Source: Naegleria gruberi (taxonomy: Eukaryota). From it: a stretch of DNA of 64,000 bases. The DNA lies in the NCBI GenBank assembly GCA_000004985.1, contig GG738853.1; one strand, given 5' to 3'. Under the pieces are notes generated by a model that saw only the letters and a list, made by a program, of their open reading frames with translations, was not told the origin of the DNA and did no database searches. The position numbers and the translations under genes are program-made. Below are positions 1 to 11,501 of the stretch, in pieces (positions within the stretch are counted from its first letter, which is position 1; every line of letters begins with the position of its first letter).

Positions 1-113
1 AGGGCAATTAACAAGGAAGTCTTCCACCACTTTGAGTCATACAAAGGAAATAAGTTTTAATAATTCGGAAGAGGTGGCTGTTATTTAAAAATCGAGAATT
101 ATTTGGGAATGTT

Positions 114-2336
114 ATGTGGATGGTGTTGATTTCGTGTATTGTGATGTTTGTGTCGATGCAACAACTTCAGTCATTCAACAGTGTTGCTGCCGCCTCCGAC
201 AATTCTACATTTAGTTGCAGTGTAATTGTAAATAATCAAGCGAATCAGAGTTTATCGGATAGGAATTGTTTGAATGGGGGTAAATGTGTTTTAGAGAAGG
301 GAATTTGTAATTGTACAAGTGGATTTACAGGATCAAATTGCTCTATTACCATTGTTGCACCTATTCCTCAGAGCACCATTAATGAAACAACAAAAAACGA
401 GACTAATTCAACCTCACTTGATAATACCAAGGATATTATCTCTAATACTACAAATAATAGCACAAATCCAGATAATAATATTGTCACTCCTCCAACTTGG
501 AAATGTGTTCAAGGCGTGAATTGTATATTTGGAAATTGTACTTCAGATGGAAAATTTTGTAATTGTAGTATTGAGGCATTTACAGTGAAAAATGAAACCC
601 TTGTAGATCCATTGGATATGGTTTATTGTAATTATAAGAACTGTCCAAATAATTGCTCAATGAATGGTGTTTGTGATTATAGTACTGGACAGTGCATATG
701 CTCTGAGCCTTATTTCAGTAATGATTGTTCTCTAAAGAATTGTACGGTATCATGCGTGAAAGGACAAGGAGATTGTGACTTTAATACTGGAAAATGCAAA
801 TGTAAAGACCCTTATTTTGGAAAAGATTGTTCCTCAATTCAGTGTGCAGATCCATCATGCAATTCTGTAGGAAGATGTAACCATAAGAAGGGATTGTGTG
901 AATGTGATGCTGACCATTTTGGAGATGCTTGTCAATTTTGGCTTTGTAAGAATAACTGTACACAACATGGATTTTGTAACACCACAACTTCACTGTGTTC
1001 ATGTGTTGGAGCCTGGACAGAAAGAGATTGTGGAGTCAATTCAAACGTTGTGGAGATGGGAAAGATCAAAGAAAGCTCAAGAATTATCGGTACTTTATTT
1101 GTATTCCTCGTCCCAATATCATTAGTTATTGGCTCATATTATGTGACATATTCCTACTTTGGAGGCTATTTCTTTTTGATAGTGGAGATTTTCCAATTCA
1201 TTGGTATAACCAGTTTGATTGGAAGTAATAGCCCAGCTCTCTATTTGAAATATTCCTCGTTTTTTGAGTGGTCAAACTTTTTATTTAGCACTGCTGAATC
1301 TGCTGTTGTTCAATCTGCTGCAGTAGAAATTGGTGATATTGTTGTTCGATCAGTAGAAGAGGAACGATTGCTCCTCTACAAATTAATTGGTATTTCATTT
1401 ATTGATAACTTGTAAGTTTACTCTCATTGAAATATTAATCATCTATTTAGTGTATTGATTACAACCTCAATCGCTATTGCCATTATGATTTCAGTTTCAC
1501 TAATCCTTATCAAAGTTATTAGAGAAAAGTATTCCGTTTACAATAACCAAGATATTGATGTAATGAAGGACAGAATATTCATTGTTTCTATTAGGTTATC
1601 CTTGCTTGTTTATTCTGGTATTAGTTTGAGTACATTTTATCAAATCAAAATGACCTTGCTTTCACAAGCTCCTATTGTGACACTTTTTACTGCTCTCTCA
1701 ATATTTGTGGCATTTGTTCTTGGTTTTCCCTTCTTGGCAAGTGTTGTACTCAAAGCCAACAGTGACAAGATTTGTCAAAATACTACACACAAAGACTCTC
1801 CATTTACTCCTCTCCACAATGAATTCAAACCAGCAACATATCAATTCTTATTAATAGTCCTCATTAAGAAATGCGCATTCTCATTTGTTATTGGATTTTT
1901 TGAGGGTATTGAGTTATTGATTGGTCTATTGTGTCTCCAAGTTACTTATTTATTTATTATTCTGATTCTTAGACCATATACCCAACCTGGAAGAAACACC
2001 ATTCAAATCATGGTTGAAGCTGTCAATTTATTCAACATTGTTGTATTGGTTCTATTCAATGCCTTTCCATTTAACTCATTTGCCTCAAATCTCCTTACCA
2101 TCATTACAATTTTCCTTCACTGCTGTATTATTATCCTTGCTGTTGTCATTTGCATCTTTGAAAAGAAGAGAAATACTGAAACAAATTCTTCTGGCTACAG
2201 AGCTGGTCTTTTAACAGAAGAAGAACTTGAAATTCAAGGAACTCACACCATTTTTGAAAGTGATTCTGAAGATGAAAGAGTCAATAATTTAGATTTACGA
2301 TCTGATTTTCATGAAATTGACCTAGATAATAAATAA
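114..2336 (+). CDS. EGF-repeat multi-pass membrane protein (exons 114..1411, 1451..2336)
   Basis: ORF 114..1415 runs into GTAAGT at 1412, and an acceptor AG lies at 1449-1450. Joining 1411 to 1451 (39-nt intron) restores the frame of ORF 1455..2336. The protein has a hydrophobic N-terminus and about six tenascin-type EGF units (C-x-C-x3-F-x-G-x2-C spacing). Many hydrophobic segments and an acidic tail follow. Confidence 0.7.
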
Positions 2337-2401
2337 ATCTAAACAACAACAATAATAAATAATTGGAAAGTTTAAAAATATTTTTTGTTGAATAATAAAA
2401 A

Positions 2402-2893
2402 ATGTTTGAAAGAACTAGAGTTTGTTTAGGAGGTTTGGTTTGGAAGCAAAAGCGATTCAATCAACTTCGTAAGAGAAGAGCCAGAGAATATCAAAATAGA
2501 GTTTTCAATGTTGAGGTAAGCATTTTGTGATTCCGAGGAGAGGAGTACTTACCCGAAATTTATCAAATTGATTGGAAATTAATTTTATATTTTGGATGAT
2601 AATTATTATTATTTGGAATGGAAAATATGAAATAACAACAATAATAATTGGAATCATTTCGACAATAATACCTGATGATGATGACGAATACTTACTTTTA
2701 TTTGAACAACAATAATTAGGACGAACTTAAACATCCATATGCTAGCTTTGCCCCACTCCAAAGAGATAACGGAACTTTGGCCAACTTTAACATCAACAAT
2801 ACTGCTCACCAAAACGAAGTTATCAATCGTATCAACAATGCTTTGAATTCCTCCATTAATAATTTCACTTCAATCTTCCCACGTAAACAATAA
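2402..2893 (+). CDS. small basic protein of unknown function, 95 aa (exons 2402..2515, 2720..2893)
   Basis: ATG at 2402 opens 38 codons ending at GTAAGC (2516). AG at 2718-2719 is followed by 58 in-frame codons to TAA at 2891-2893. The two pieces join in phase 0 across a 204-nt intron. I recognise no family. Confidence 0.4.
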
Positions 2894-3208
2894 AACCCAA
2901 CAAACTAAGTTACACTAATAAAAATTGTGGATAATTTACTACTTTATAAACGAGGATACGGTGTACTGTGATAATAACAAAAACAATACTTTTATAATTT
3001 AAAATTTAATATTAAAAAAACAAAAAAGATTCGCTTTGGTTTTTTTAAAGCCAAAACATTCCGAGCACAAGAACAACAATATCGACACTGTACATAGAGT
3101 ATTATGATTGTATAAATTCTTCAACAGATCAGAGAGTGGATTAATTTGTTTTTTAAAAACCTGTACAACATCAACATCACTTTCTTCTACATATTGATAA
3201 TAATTATA

Positions 3209-4975
3209 ATGGATAAATTATTTAAATTAACAAATGATGAGTTGGATAGTATTAATCTAGTACAATATAAAAAGAAACTTTATCAATTCTTTAATGTCCA
3301 ACAAAATCCTCATGAAAAATCAGCAATTGCTCTCCATATTGAAAGTGTAATATTACCAACCACACAAAATGTATTAAATTATCCTCCTAAACATATTGGA
3401 GAAATTATAACAGAAACACAATTGATAGATCTGTGGAAGAGAAGATTATTATGTTATTTGTATTTGTTTTATGTGGATAACATTCATCCATTACTGTTTC
3501 AGATTGTTCATCATTTGAATTTCTCTATGAATTATTCTTCATCAATGAGTTTGCAACAGATAATTTGGAGTGGAGCCCAACATTTTCCTCCAGAAAGAAG
3601 AAATTGCATTCTTATTGAACTTAATTTACTATTGAGATTAGTTTCCCTTTCATTTAATATCTCCTCCTCTTCTGAATATATAGCTCTCCATGAAATTTCT
3701 GAATATGTTTCAGAAATTAATCTAAATAATCCTGATATACAATGGTTGAAAAAAGCGACTCTAAATTCACTTTTCTCAAGAGAAAATAGTGATGAAGTGT
3801 ATCTTTTCCAACAAATTCAATTCTTGGCAACATCAACCCTTTTAGCCAAAGTTAATGAATTGAGATTACAACATGATTTATTTTCTCTGAAAGGGACAAA
3901 AAATCATGGATTATTCCCAAAGTTGCTTAATGATAAGCAATTTCCATCTCCTAGCAAGCCAACCTATTTCAATTCACCTCCCTTATCTAATTCATTAGTT
4001 GGATTTGAAGAATCTTTAAATAATACTATCACCATATCTCCACTTTCAAAGTTCGAGGCGAAATTTTATCGACCAACCCCACCACTTTTAGAATTTAATC
4101 CTGATTACGAATTTTTATGGATTAATGATGTCAATACATATTCCACCACTAGTTTCACTAATGAAATGAAACAAAACACTGCAGAATTTAAATTAGATCC
4201 TAAATTAGATATTGATAATACTCATCTATTCTGTCTGTATGAGCTAAACTCTACTAATAAGGGAGGGTTTATGAGCTCAAATCACCAACGAAGTCAGCAA
4301 CAATCATCAGTAAGCTCTTCCGAAACCTCTAATTCCTCACAATCTAGTAATGATGGTTTAGTACTAATGAAGCGAGGAAAGACTACTCAAGAAAACGAAA
4401 TGAACGAGCTGTTTTCCAAGGCTTTCAAACAACAGCTTCAACCAGTGCAGATCAAGTACTTGCTGCAAAACTTTGATAAGCTTACCATGTTAACAGATTT
4501 ACTGACTCCAAATAGACTTACAGATTTGGTAAAAAACAATAGAGAAGTTGCAAGCAAATGTCTTCAAGTATTGATACATTCGAATAATAAGCGTTTGGAT
4601 GAATATCTTTCTGTTCTAGTATCTATTCCAGTATCTCTACAATTATTGGAAGCTGTAAATAATCTGCTAAATAAGACAGACAAAATTACTACAGGGATTT
4701 TCACCAAAAATTTAGAAGATTCCAACAGCTCTTCATATTTACACATTCTTCTAAGGAATTGTATCACACACTGTAATCAATCCATGCAAGATCCTCCATC
4801 TCAAACAAGAAAAGTAAGATTAATTTGTGTTTTCGTTCAAAGGCTTATAAGAGAAGAAATTCTAGTTGTAAACCATGACGATTTCATATTTATGGAACTT
4901 CAAAGTTTCTGTATCGAGTTTATGAAAATTAAGGAAGCAGCAGATCTCTTCCAATTACTGAAAGAAAAGATCTAA
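3209..4975 (+). CDS. CNOT11: CCR4-NOT complex subunit 11 (CNOT11/C2orf29 family)
   Basis: The C-terminal ~180 aa resemble the human CNOT11 C-terminal domain by eye (LTPNRLTDLVKNN..., YLSVLVSIPVSLQLLEAVNNL, RKVRLICVFVQRLIREEI, LQSFCIEFMKIKEAADLFQLLK). The likely start is the in-frame ATG at 3209 (MDKLFKL) inside ORF 3146..4975. Confidence 0.85.
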   Translation: MDKLFKLTNDELDSINLVQYKKKLYQFFNVQQNPHEKSAIALHIESVILPTTQNVLNYPPKHIGEIITETQLIDLWKRRLLCYLYLFYVDNIHPLLFQIVHHLNFSMNYSSSMSLQQIIWSGAQHFPPERRNCILIELNLLLRLVSLSFNISSSSEYIALHEISEYVSEINLNNPDIQWLKKATLNSLFSRENSDEVYLFQQIQFLATSTLLAKVNELRLQHDLFSLKGTKNHGLFPKLLNDKQFPSPSKPTYFNSPPLSNSLVGFEESLNNTITISPLSKFEAKFYRPTPPLLEFNPDYEFLWINDVNTYSTTSFTNEMKQNTAEFKLDPKLDIDNTHLFCLYELNSTNKGGFMSSNHQRSQQQSSVSSSETSNSSQSSNDGLVLMKRGKTTQENEMNELFSKAFKQQLQPVQIKYLLQNFDKLTMLTDLLTPNRLTDLVKNNREVASKCLQVLIHSNNKRLDEYLSVLVSIPVSLQLLEAVNNLLNKTDKITTGIFTKNLEDSNSSSYLHILLRNCITHCNQSMQDPPSQTRKVRLICVFVQRLIREEILVVNHDDFIFMELQSFCIEFMKIKEAADLFQLLKEKI

Positions 4976-4994
4976 TAAAAATTTTCAGAACAAC

Positions 4995-5966
4995 CTAATC
5001 ACTTTCATAATCACTTTCAAAATCGCTGTCAAATTCACCACCAAAGTCATCATCAAAATCAGCAAAAATGTTATCTCTTTTAAGTGCAGATGGATGGGTA
5101 GCATTTCTACGATATTCCACTTTTCCTGAACCTGAAAATGTAGCTCCAATTATTGGTTGACAAGATTTGGATTTCCATTCACCAAGAGGCTTTTCTGAAC
5201 AAAATGCCCTATTCACATAGACAACAAATCTACTTCCCTTAAAATCATACCAAACACTGATAACTCCTCCTCCCATAAGAGGTGCTTGGCAACCATACAT
5301 TATGGAATCCTTAATATTAGTTTCTATCCAGATTACAATTTAAATTATTTTAATAAATCTTACCTGAAACAAATCCAATGTGGAACCCCTTTAAATTTCC
5401 TGTAATTTCAAATTCAAAATAATACCTGTGTGTATCAGATCCATAACTGGTTTGTGATGGCTTAATGGTAAAATCCAAAATTCCACTAGCAACATTACGA
5501 TATGGTCTGACAATAGTGGACTGAACAGTTCCAGACAGTTTTTCTTCATCCTTGAATTTCATAATAGAAAATTGCATATCCAAAAGATTATCAAATAAGT
5601 GTTGAAGGTTATAAAATTTTGCTTCCTCTTTAAATTCATCAATATTTTCCTCATCTCTAACTTTCTCGTAAAACAAGCAACAATCCAAAAAATCCAAGCT
5701 TTGAAATTTCAGATAGAATTTTTCACTAATTAAACTTACATGTATTGAAAAAAGTGGCTTTTTCTCTTTGGTATTTTAATAGTGTTCGTTTTAGAGTTGG
5801 AAAGCAAATTTTCAAAATATTCATAACCTTCAAACCATTCTCTGTTTGCTTCAAAGGTTTTTCCATCATCAAATACTATTTTGACTTGTTCGGAATTAGA
5901 GGATAACAAGTCATCATTCTTTCTCTTCTTGGATGTAGAATCATTAGATAAGGCCTTTCTTTTCAT
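4995..5966 (-). CDS. BTB (KCTD/T1-type) domain protein with beta-rich C-terminal domain and acidic tail (exons 5966..5740, 5698..5364, 5323..4995)
   Basis: Three minus-strand ORFs join in frame through GTAAG donors (5739, 5363) and AG acceptors (5700-5699, 5325-5324). The introns are 41 and 40 nt. The N-terminus reads VKIVFDDGKTFEANREWF...FFQY-I-LDFLD...EAKFYNLQHL, which is T1/BTB-like. The C-terminus is D/E/F rich. Confidence 0.65.
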
Positions 5967-6116
5967 TTTTTTAATTCATATTCTGTAGGAAATTAACAAG
6001 GCACTATTTTGCTGAAAAATTTAGTGCTGATTAATTTCGTGAGAATTTAAATTTTAATTTTGTTTTTATTATGCCATTCTTGGAAATGGTATTTAAATAA
6101 ATAATCTAAAAATGAT

Positions 6117-7922
6117 TTAGTTTGAGACTACGTCATCAATCTTCAAAAGCATTCTAACTAACTCGGTAGATAAAGCGATAGCACTCAATGTTGTCAGTGT
6201 TGGTTGGATAACATTTTCTTCAACCATATCTGAAATCAAACCCTTCTTAACATTGATACCGGCATTCTTTTCACCGTGCATATGTCTATTTTTGAGTTCA
6301 GTAACAATCTTAATTGGTGACAGACCTGCGTTTTCAGCAAGAGTGGTTGGAATGACTTCCAAACTTTCACCGTATTCACGAACACAATATTGAATAGCAC
6401 CTCTGAGAGTCTTTGAGTATTCAACAAGTCCTAGAGAAATTTCAGTTTCTGGAGCAGAACCACCAGCAATGATACTCTTCTTCTTAACCAAACTTCTAAC
6501 AACGCACAAAGCATCATGGAGGGATCTTTCAGCTTCATCGAGCATCAACTTGTTTGAAGATCTAACCAAACAAGTGACAGTCTTACCTTGAGATGGAATA
6601 CCAGTAATCTTGACAATTCTACCATCACCAGTGTTAACTTCTTCAACTAATCCAGCAGATCCGAGCTTTTCCTTCTTGAATGAATCAATAGAAGAAATTG
6701 GCTTACAGTTCAAAGTCTTTGAAATGAATTCAACATCCTTTCTATCAATATCTTGAATGACCATAATACCCATCTTGGCCAAAAAGTGCAATGACATATC
6801 AGTGGTGGCATCTCTCAAAATAGACTTTTGAATCAAGAGAACATTACATCCTTCCTTCTTGATTTGCTTACAGAGATTGAGCAAATAAGCTCTTTCTTCT
6901 CTCAAAATTCTATCAATTTGTGTATAGTCAGTAATGACAACATTGTTTTCCATATCAGTCTTTGGTGGTGACAATTGGAATTGAATCAAACCAATCTTGG
7001 CATCCTTGATAGAAGTTGGACCACCAGCAGACTTTCTAGTACCTTGATCCAAAACCAAACCTTCAATCAATTCAGTTTCTTCAAGAAGACCTCCCAACTT
7101 TTTAACAATCTTGATATCGTTCAAATCTACATTGGATGCATCCTTTGATTCAACAACACGGAGAACAGCATCAACAGCTAATGGAGCCAAAACATCGGCA
7201 TATTGGTAAACAACCTTTGAACTCAAGGAAGTCTTAGCAGACTTAATCATATTTTCACGATCAGTTAAATCCACTTTAGTAGACATATTATCGAGAATTT
7301 CTTCAGCTTTATCCACACACAATTTGAAAGCATCAGAAATTGTAGTTGGGTGAATACCTCTATCGAGCAAGTTTTGACAAGCAGCAAGCAAAGCTCCAGC
7401 CATAACGACAACGGTAGTAGTACCATCACCAGCTTCAATATCTTGTGATTTTGACAAGGAAACTAACATTTTAGCAGCTGGGTGAGTTGGCTTCATCTTA
7501 TCCAAAATTGTTGCACCATCGTTGGTAATAATGACTTCATCTTTAGGGAGGACAATCATCTTATCCATACCCTTTGGTCCTAAACTAGTTCTGACGGAAT
7601 CAGCCAAAGCTATAATAATGTTGATAATAATGCAAAGTTTTCGGATTTGGATGATGATAATGTTGTTGTTGTTGTTAGTGATGATGCAATTCAATGATGA
7701 TGAATAATATCAAATAGATAAGACAAGTTAATCCATCAAACAATCAATCCACAAAAATACAAATGTATAATTAGTTTCAAAGTTATGATTTTGATTCTTA
7801 CCCTTGGCGGCTTCAATATTTGAGTAACGGACATCCTTTCCTCTTTCCTTTTCATTGACATTGGTTTCACCTTTACCTCTTTGGAAGTTTTGTGTTGGAG
7901 TGGCACCTTGTGTTTGAGACAT
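6117..7922 (-). CDS. CCT4: T-complex chaperonin subunit delta (exons 7922..7802, 7609..6117)
   Basis: Exon 1 ([19 protein letters not shown]...RYSNIEAAK) ends at G|GTAAG (donor at 7801). The acceptor TATAG lies at 7611-7610, and phase 1 restores the codon GCT. The result reads [21 protein letters not shown]...ITNDGATIL...GDGTT, matching the CCT delta N-terminal signature. The intron is 192 nt. Confidence 0.93.
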
Positions 7923-8478
7923 TTTTTGTATGTTGATGTATAAAGGCTCCCAGGTGTTGTGATTTGTTAAATTTTTTTAATTTTATTAAATGAGGTACGG
8001 AAGCTTGGCGGAAGTTTGTTGTAATTTGAGAGGTTTTGTATGATGAGTGTATTCAACTCAAGTTGTCTTGTATCGATATTTGCATAGGAAACAATATGGT
8101 TTTGTAGTACAAACACATTCAATGTATTTTGGAATGAGGTTTATTAATTTTGTATGATGAAATAATTTTTTTCTTTACTTTCAGCATTCAAGAATATTCA
8201 TTATTTCAAAGTTTTCTACTACCTTTAAATCAATAATGCTCGTTTAGGAATGTTGGGTAGGATATCAAATTATGGTGTGTTAGCCAAAATACATTCAAAT
8301 TTTTCTTCCTCATGGTCAAGTTGTCAACCATATTAATAACTATTGATAATTTTATGATTATTTACCATTCAGAACTATGAATGTTAGGTCTTGGATGTGG
8401 ACAGTTAGTGAGATTGAAAATAAAGAGATTTCATTCGGTTTGTATTGTTCACATTTAAATTGAGATTTATTGGAAAAT

Positions 8479-9234
8479 TTAGTTTTGATTTTCAAGCCAA
8501 GTTTCCTTGATAATCTTAATAGTATCATTGAAAGTCTTAACAGAGTGACCAACAGTACGTTCGTGTGAGAAAATTTCATAATCATTTCCACCTGGTGAAG
8601 TCTTATCACCAAAGAAGTGAATTTCATCGAAACTATCTTGAACGTATTGTAAGCAGAAAGTCTTATCCCATCCTTCTGGGAAAACATCAAAACTGATTTG
8701 ACCACCAATACTATATTTGAGATTGTAATCCTTAAACTTTTCTTGTAATTGTTGAACAAGTTTGGCTCTGATTTGATGTTGATGATCATACTTTTCATAG
8801 TCATCTCTTTCTTCTTGAGAACAATTTCTTCCGATTGGAGAAACATTGAACATTCCCTTTCTGAATTCAATAAAAGTTCCTCTCTTAACAGGAATATCAA
8901 TATCAGCAAGAGCTCTGAGTGTATAGTTTACAAATTCCTTAATTCTATCCTCTCCGAGATAATCCTTGATAGAAGTAACTTTAATAAGTTTACCTGATCC
9001 ATAAGCAACAAGTCCATTCTCAGAAAATACATAATCAAAATCATTCAAAATATTTTCTCCCATTTGTTCATATTGTTTGGCCAAATCGGAACCACCAACA
9101 ATACCAACAGCAACTCCAGATTGTTTTAATTTCATCAAGGTATCGTACATTTCGGTGGTGACTTTGTTTCTAGGAACAGTCAAGGTTCCATCAACATCGA
9201 ACAAGGCTAAGACTCTCTTGGACATTTTTTTCAT
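8479..9234 (-). CDS. PMM: phosphomannomutase (HAD family, PMM type)
   Basis: Single 251-aa ORF. It has the LFDVDGTLT nucleophile motif, GIVGGSD, and a C-terminus ([14 protein letters not shown]...) typical of eukaryotic PMM. Confidence 0.92.
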   Translation of the reverse strand: MKKMSKRVLALFDVDGTLTVPRNKVTTEMYDTLMKLKQSGVAVGIVGGSDLAKQYEQMGENILNDFDYVFSENGLVAYGSGKLIKVTSIKDYLGEDRIKEFVNYTLRALADIDIPVKRGTFIEFRKGMFNVSPIGRNCSQEERDDYEKYDHQHQIRAKLVQQLQEKFKDYNLKYSIGGQISFDVFPEGWDKTFCLQYVQDSFDEIHFFGDKTSPGGNDYEIFSHERTVGHSVKTFNDTIKIIKETWLENQN

Positions 9235-9607
9235 TTGATTTTTTAATTGTCGTGTTCATTCGATAAGTTTTTAAACAGAAGTGGTAATAGAACAAGAATA
9301 ATAGAAAGACTCTTGTTAGATAAATACTCTCTAAATTCAAGAACACGATTTTCATATTATTTCCACGTGTTTGATATGTCTGATTGGAAGATGATGAATA
9401 CGTTTTCATACGTTGTTTAATTGACAAGCTTGAAGATTCGTGAGAAAGATATCTTATTATTATTGGGAGAACACGTGTGATTCTTAATAAGAATGTTATC
9501 ATCATCGGAAAACAATTAACAATGTATTTACATTTAAAATACCACAAAGATGGTGATGTTTGCTAAGTTTATGTACAAGACCCTATCTATTATTATTTAA
9601 AATTAAT

Positions 9608-9937
9608 TTACTTCTTAGTCTCCAAAGCCTTGGCCAACATGGACTTGAGTTCTTCAACTTCATTCTTCAACTTGGAAATGTCATCGACATTCTTCTTGTT
9701 GTGAGTTTCAAGTTCTTGCTTGACTTGTTTCTTGACTTCTTCAGTCTTGATATCCATCTTCTTTCCTTGTTGATCAGCCCACTTCAACAACAATTCATAG
9801 TCGTGCTTAGCAGCGTACTTTTCTTCTTCAGAAGTTTCCTTTTCATCAACAGACTTTCCTCTGACGATTGGAGTAGCACAGAATCTACCTCTTTGGACAA
9901 TGACGGCAGCTCTTCTAGTAAGATTAATCAAGGACAT
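9608..9937 (-). CDS. small coiled-coil protein with mitochondrial-presequence-like N-terminus; weak resemblance to F1-ATPase inhibitor IF1
   Basis: 109-aa ORF. The N-terminus is basic and amphipathic (MSLINLTRRAAVIVQRGRF). The segment EEEKYAAKHDYELLLKW loosely recalls the IF1 EEERYFR..EQL motif, and the rest is K/E coiled coil. The overlapping plus-strand ORF 9560..9946 looks spurious. Confidence 0.45.
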   Translation of the reverse strand: MSLINLTRRAAVIVQRGRFCATPIVRGKSVDEKETSEEEKYAAKHDYELLLKWADQQGKKMDIKTEEVKKQVKQELETHNKKNVDDISKLKNEVEELKSMLAKALETKK

Positions 9938-10292
9938 TTTTTTTAATTTTTATTGTTGTAAAAATTAAAATTATTTGTGATGGCATAAAACATTAGTTTC
10001 AATTTTGGTACCTAATTATAAATAGTAGTATTATTTGAGTGTAATATTAACAATTATAAATTTATTTAATTGAGAAATTGTTAACAACTTTATTCAATAA
10101 ATTTGTAAAAATTCAAGTTCCAAGTAAGTACTAATTTTTCTAAAATATTATTTTAGAAATTATTGTTGTAATCTTGTTATTATAATAACTGATCAAATTG
10201 AAAAAGACAAAACGTGAGAGAAGAACACATTATCGATTGCACTGGTCGATCAAATATCTCCTCTTTTCAAACACAAATAAAATTACAAAAAA

Positions 10293-11501
10293 ATGTCTCT
10301 AACTAAAACCTCTGTAAATTTACCTTCGGTGTTTGCTATTCGACCTGAGGTTCGCGTAAAGTTTTTTGATCGTAAATATGAACTTGCCCAAAGGTATGGA
10401 GAAGATAATGTGGTAGAAATTTCGGATACACCAAGGACAAGTTCTCAGCAGTCTGTTGTCTACAACAACAAAATGTTTATTTTTGGAGGAAGAAGTGATT
10501 CGGATGATGTATTTATGTATGATATGAACGAGAATGTGATGGAACGTTTATATGTGAAGGGAACACCTCCAAAAATCAGATTGTATCATAGCATGAATCT
10601 TGATATTAGTAGAGATTGTTTCTATCTTTTTGGAGGAGTTTCTACAAAAAATTCATCTTTATATTTTGCTGATTTATTCAAATTTGATCTGCTTAAATTA
10701 TCTTGGGAAGAGATTAGACAGGATTGTACTTCATTTAAAAAAGATTCATTGGCACTTACTCAGCCAAATCTATACACACCTGTTACTGTTCTTGATTCTA
10801 GATCTGGGCATGTTGGTGCCTATAGAGAGTGTTCAGATACTCTTATAGTATTTGGTGGTTTGAAGAATGGAAACAAAACTAATGATCTTCACGTTTTTGC
10901 TTTTAGTGAGAAAAAGTGGTACAAATATACTCCGATCAATAATGATGTTGTTACTCCGAGATCCTATTGCAATGGACAATATTGCAAGGGAAGTGATGAA
11001 TTAATTGTGTTTGGTGGTGACACACCTTCCTCTCTTACTGGTGACACATTTATTTTGAATTTAACTACTCACTTTTGGACAAAACTTATTATTAATAATC
11101 CTTCTGATACAATGCATACATTCCCACCAGTATTTGGTCATACATCAATAATGGTAGATTTTAAAGGACCACCTTTCTTTTTGATTGCATATGGAGGAAC
11201 TTCAAAGAGCTCACTAAATATTTGTTACTTATTGGATATCACCAACAGAAAATGGACATGCCTTAATAGAGACGATATCAACTTTCCAAAATTGAATTGT
11301 TGCTGTTTAGGATTTCATGGAAATTCAATGTTTCTCTATGGTGGAAGAGATGAAAGTGGACAAAAAACCAATACTTTGCACTCTGTTGGTTTACATGTGC
11401 CAAGTGTAATTTTACGAATTTTCCCAAGAATGGACATAATTATAGAGAATCAATTCAAACTTCTGAGTGATATTACTATCAAATATGAGAGTTTATATTA
11501 A
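10293..11501 (+). CDS. Kelch-repeat (beta-propeller) protein
   Basis: 402-aa ORF with repeated Kelch-like units (MFIFGGRSD..., CFYLFGGV..., LIVFGGLKNG..., LIVFGGDTP..., MFLYGGRDE...). Confidence 0.75.
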   Translation: MSLTKTSVNLPSVFAIRPEVRVKFFDRKYELAQRYGEDNVVEISDTPRTSSQQSVVYNNKMFIFGGRSDSDDVFMYDMNENVMERLYVKGTPPKIRLYHSMNLDISRDCFYLFGGVSTKNSSLYFADLFKFDLLKLSWEEIRQDCTSFKKDSLALTQPNLYTPVTVLDSRSGHVGAYRECSDTLIVFGGLKNGNKTNDLHVFAFSEKKWYKYTPINNDVVTPRSYCNGQYCKGSDELIVFGGDTPSSLTGDTFILNLTTHFWTKLIINNPSDTMHTFPPVFGHTSIMVDFKGPPFFLIAYGGTSKSSLNICYLLDITNRKWTCLNRDDINFPKLNCCCLGFHGNSMFLYGGRDESGQKTNTLHSVGLHVPSVILRIFPRMDIIIENQFKLLSDITIKYESLY

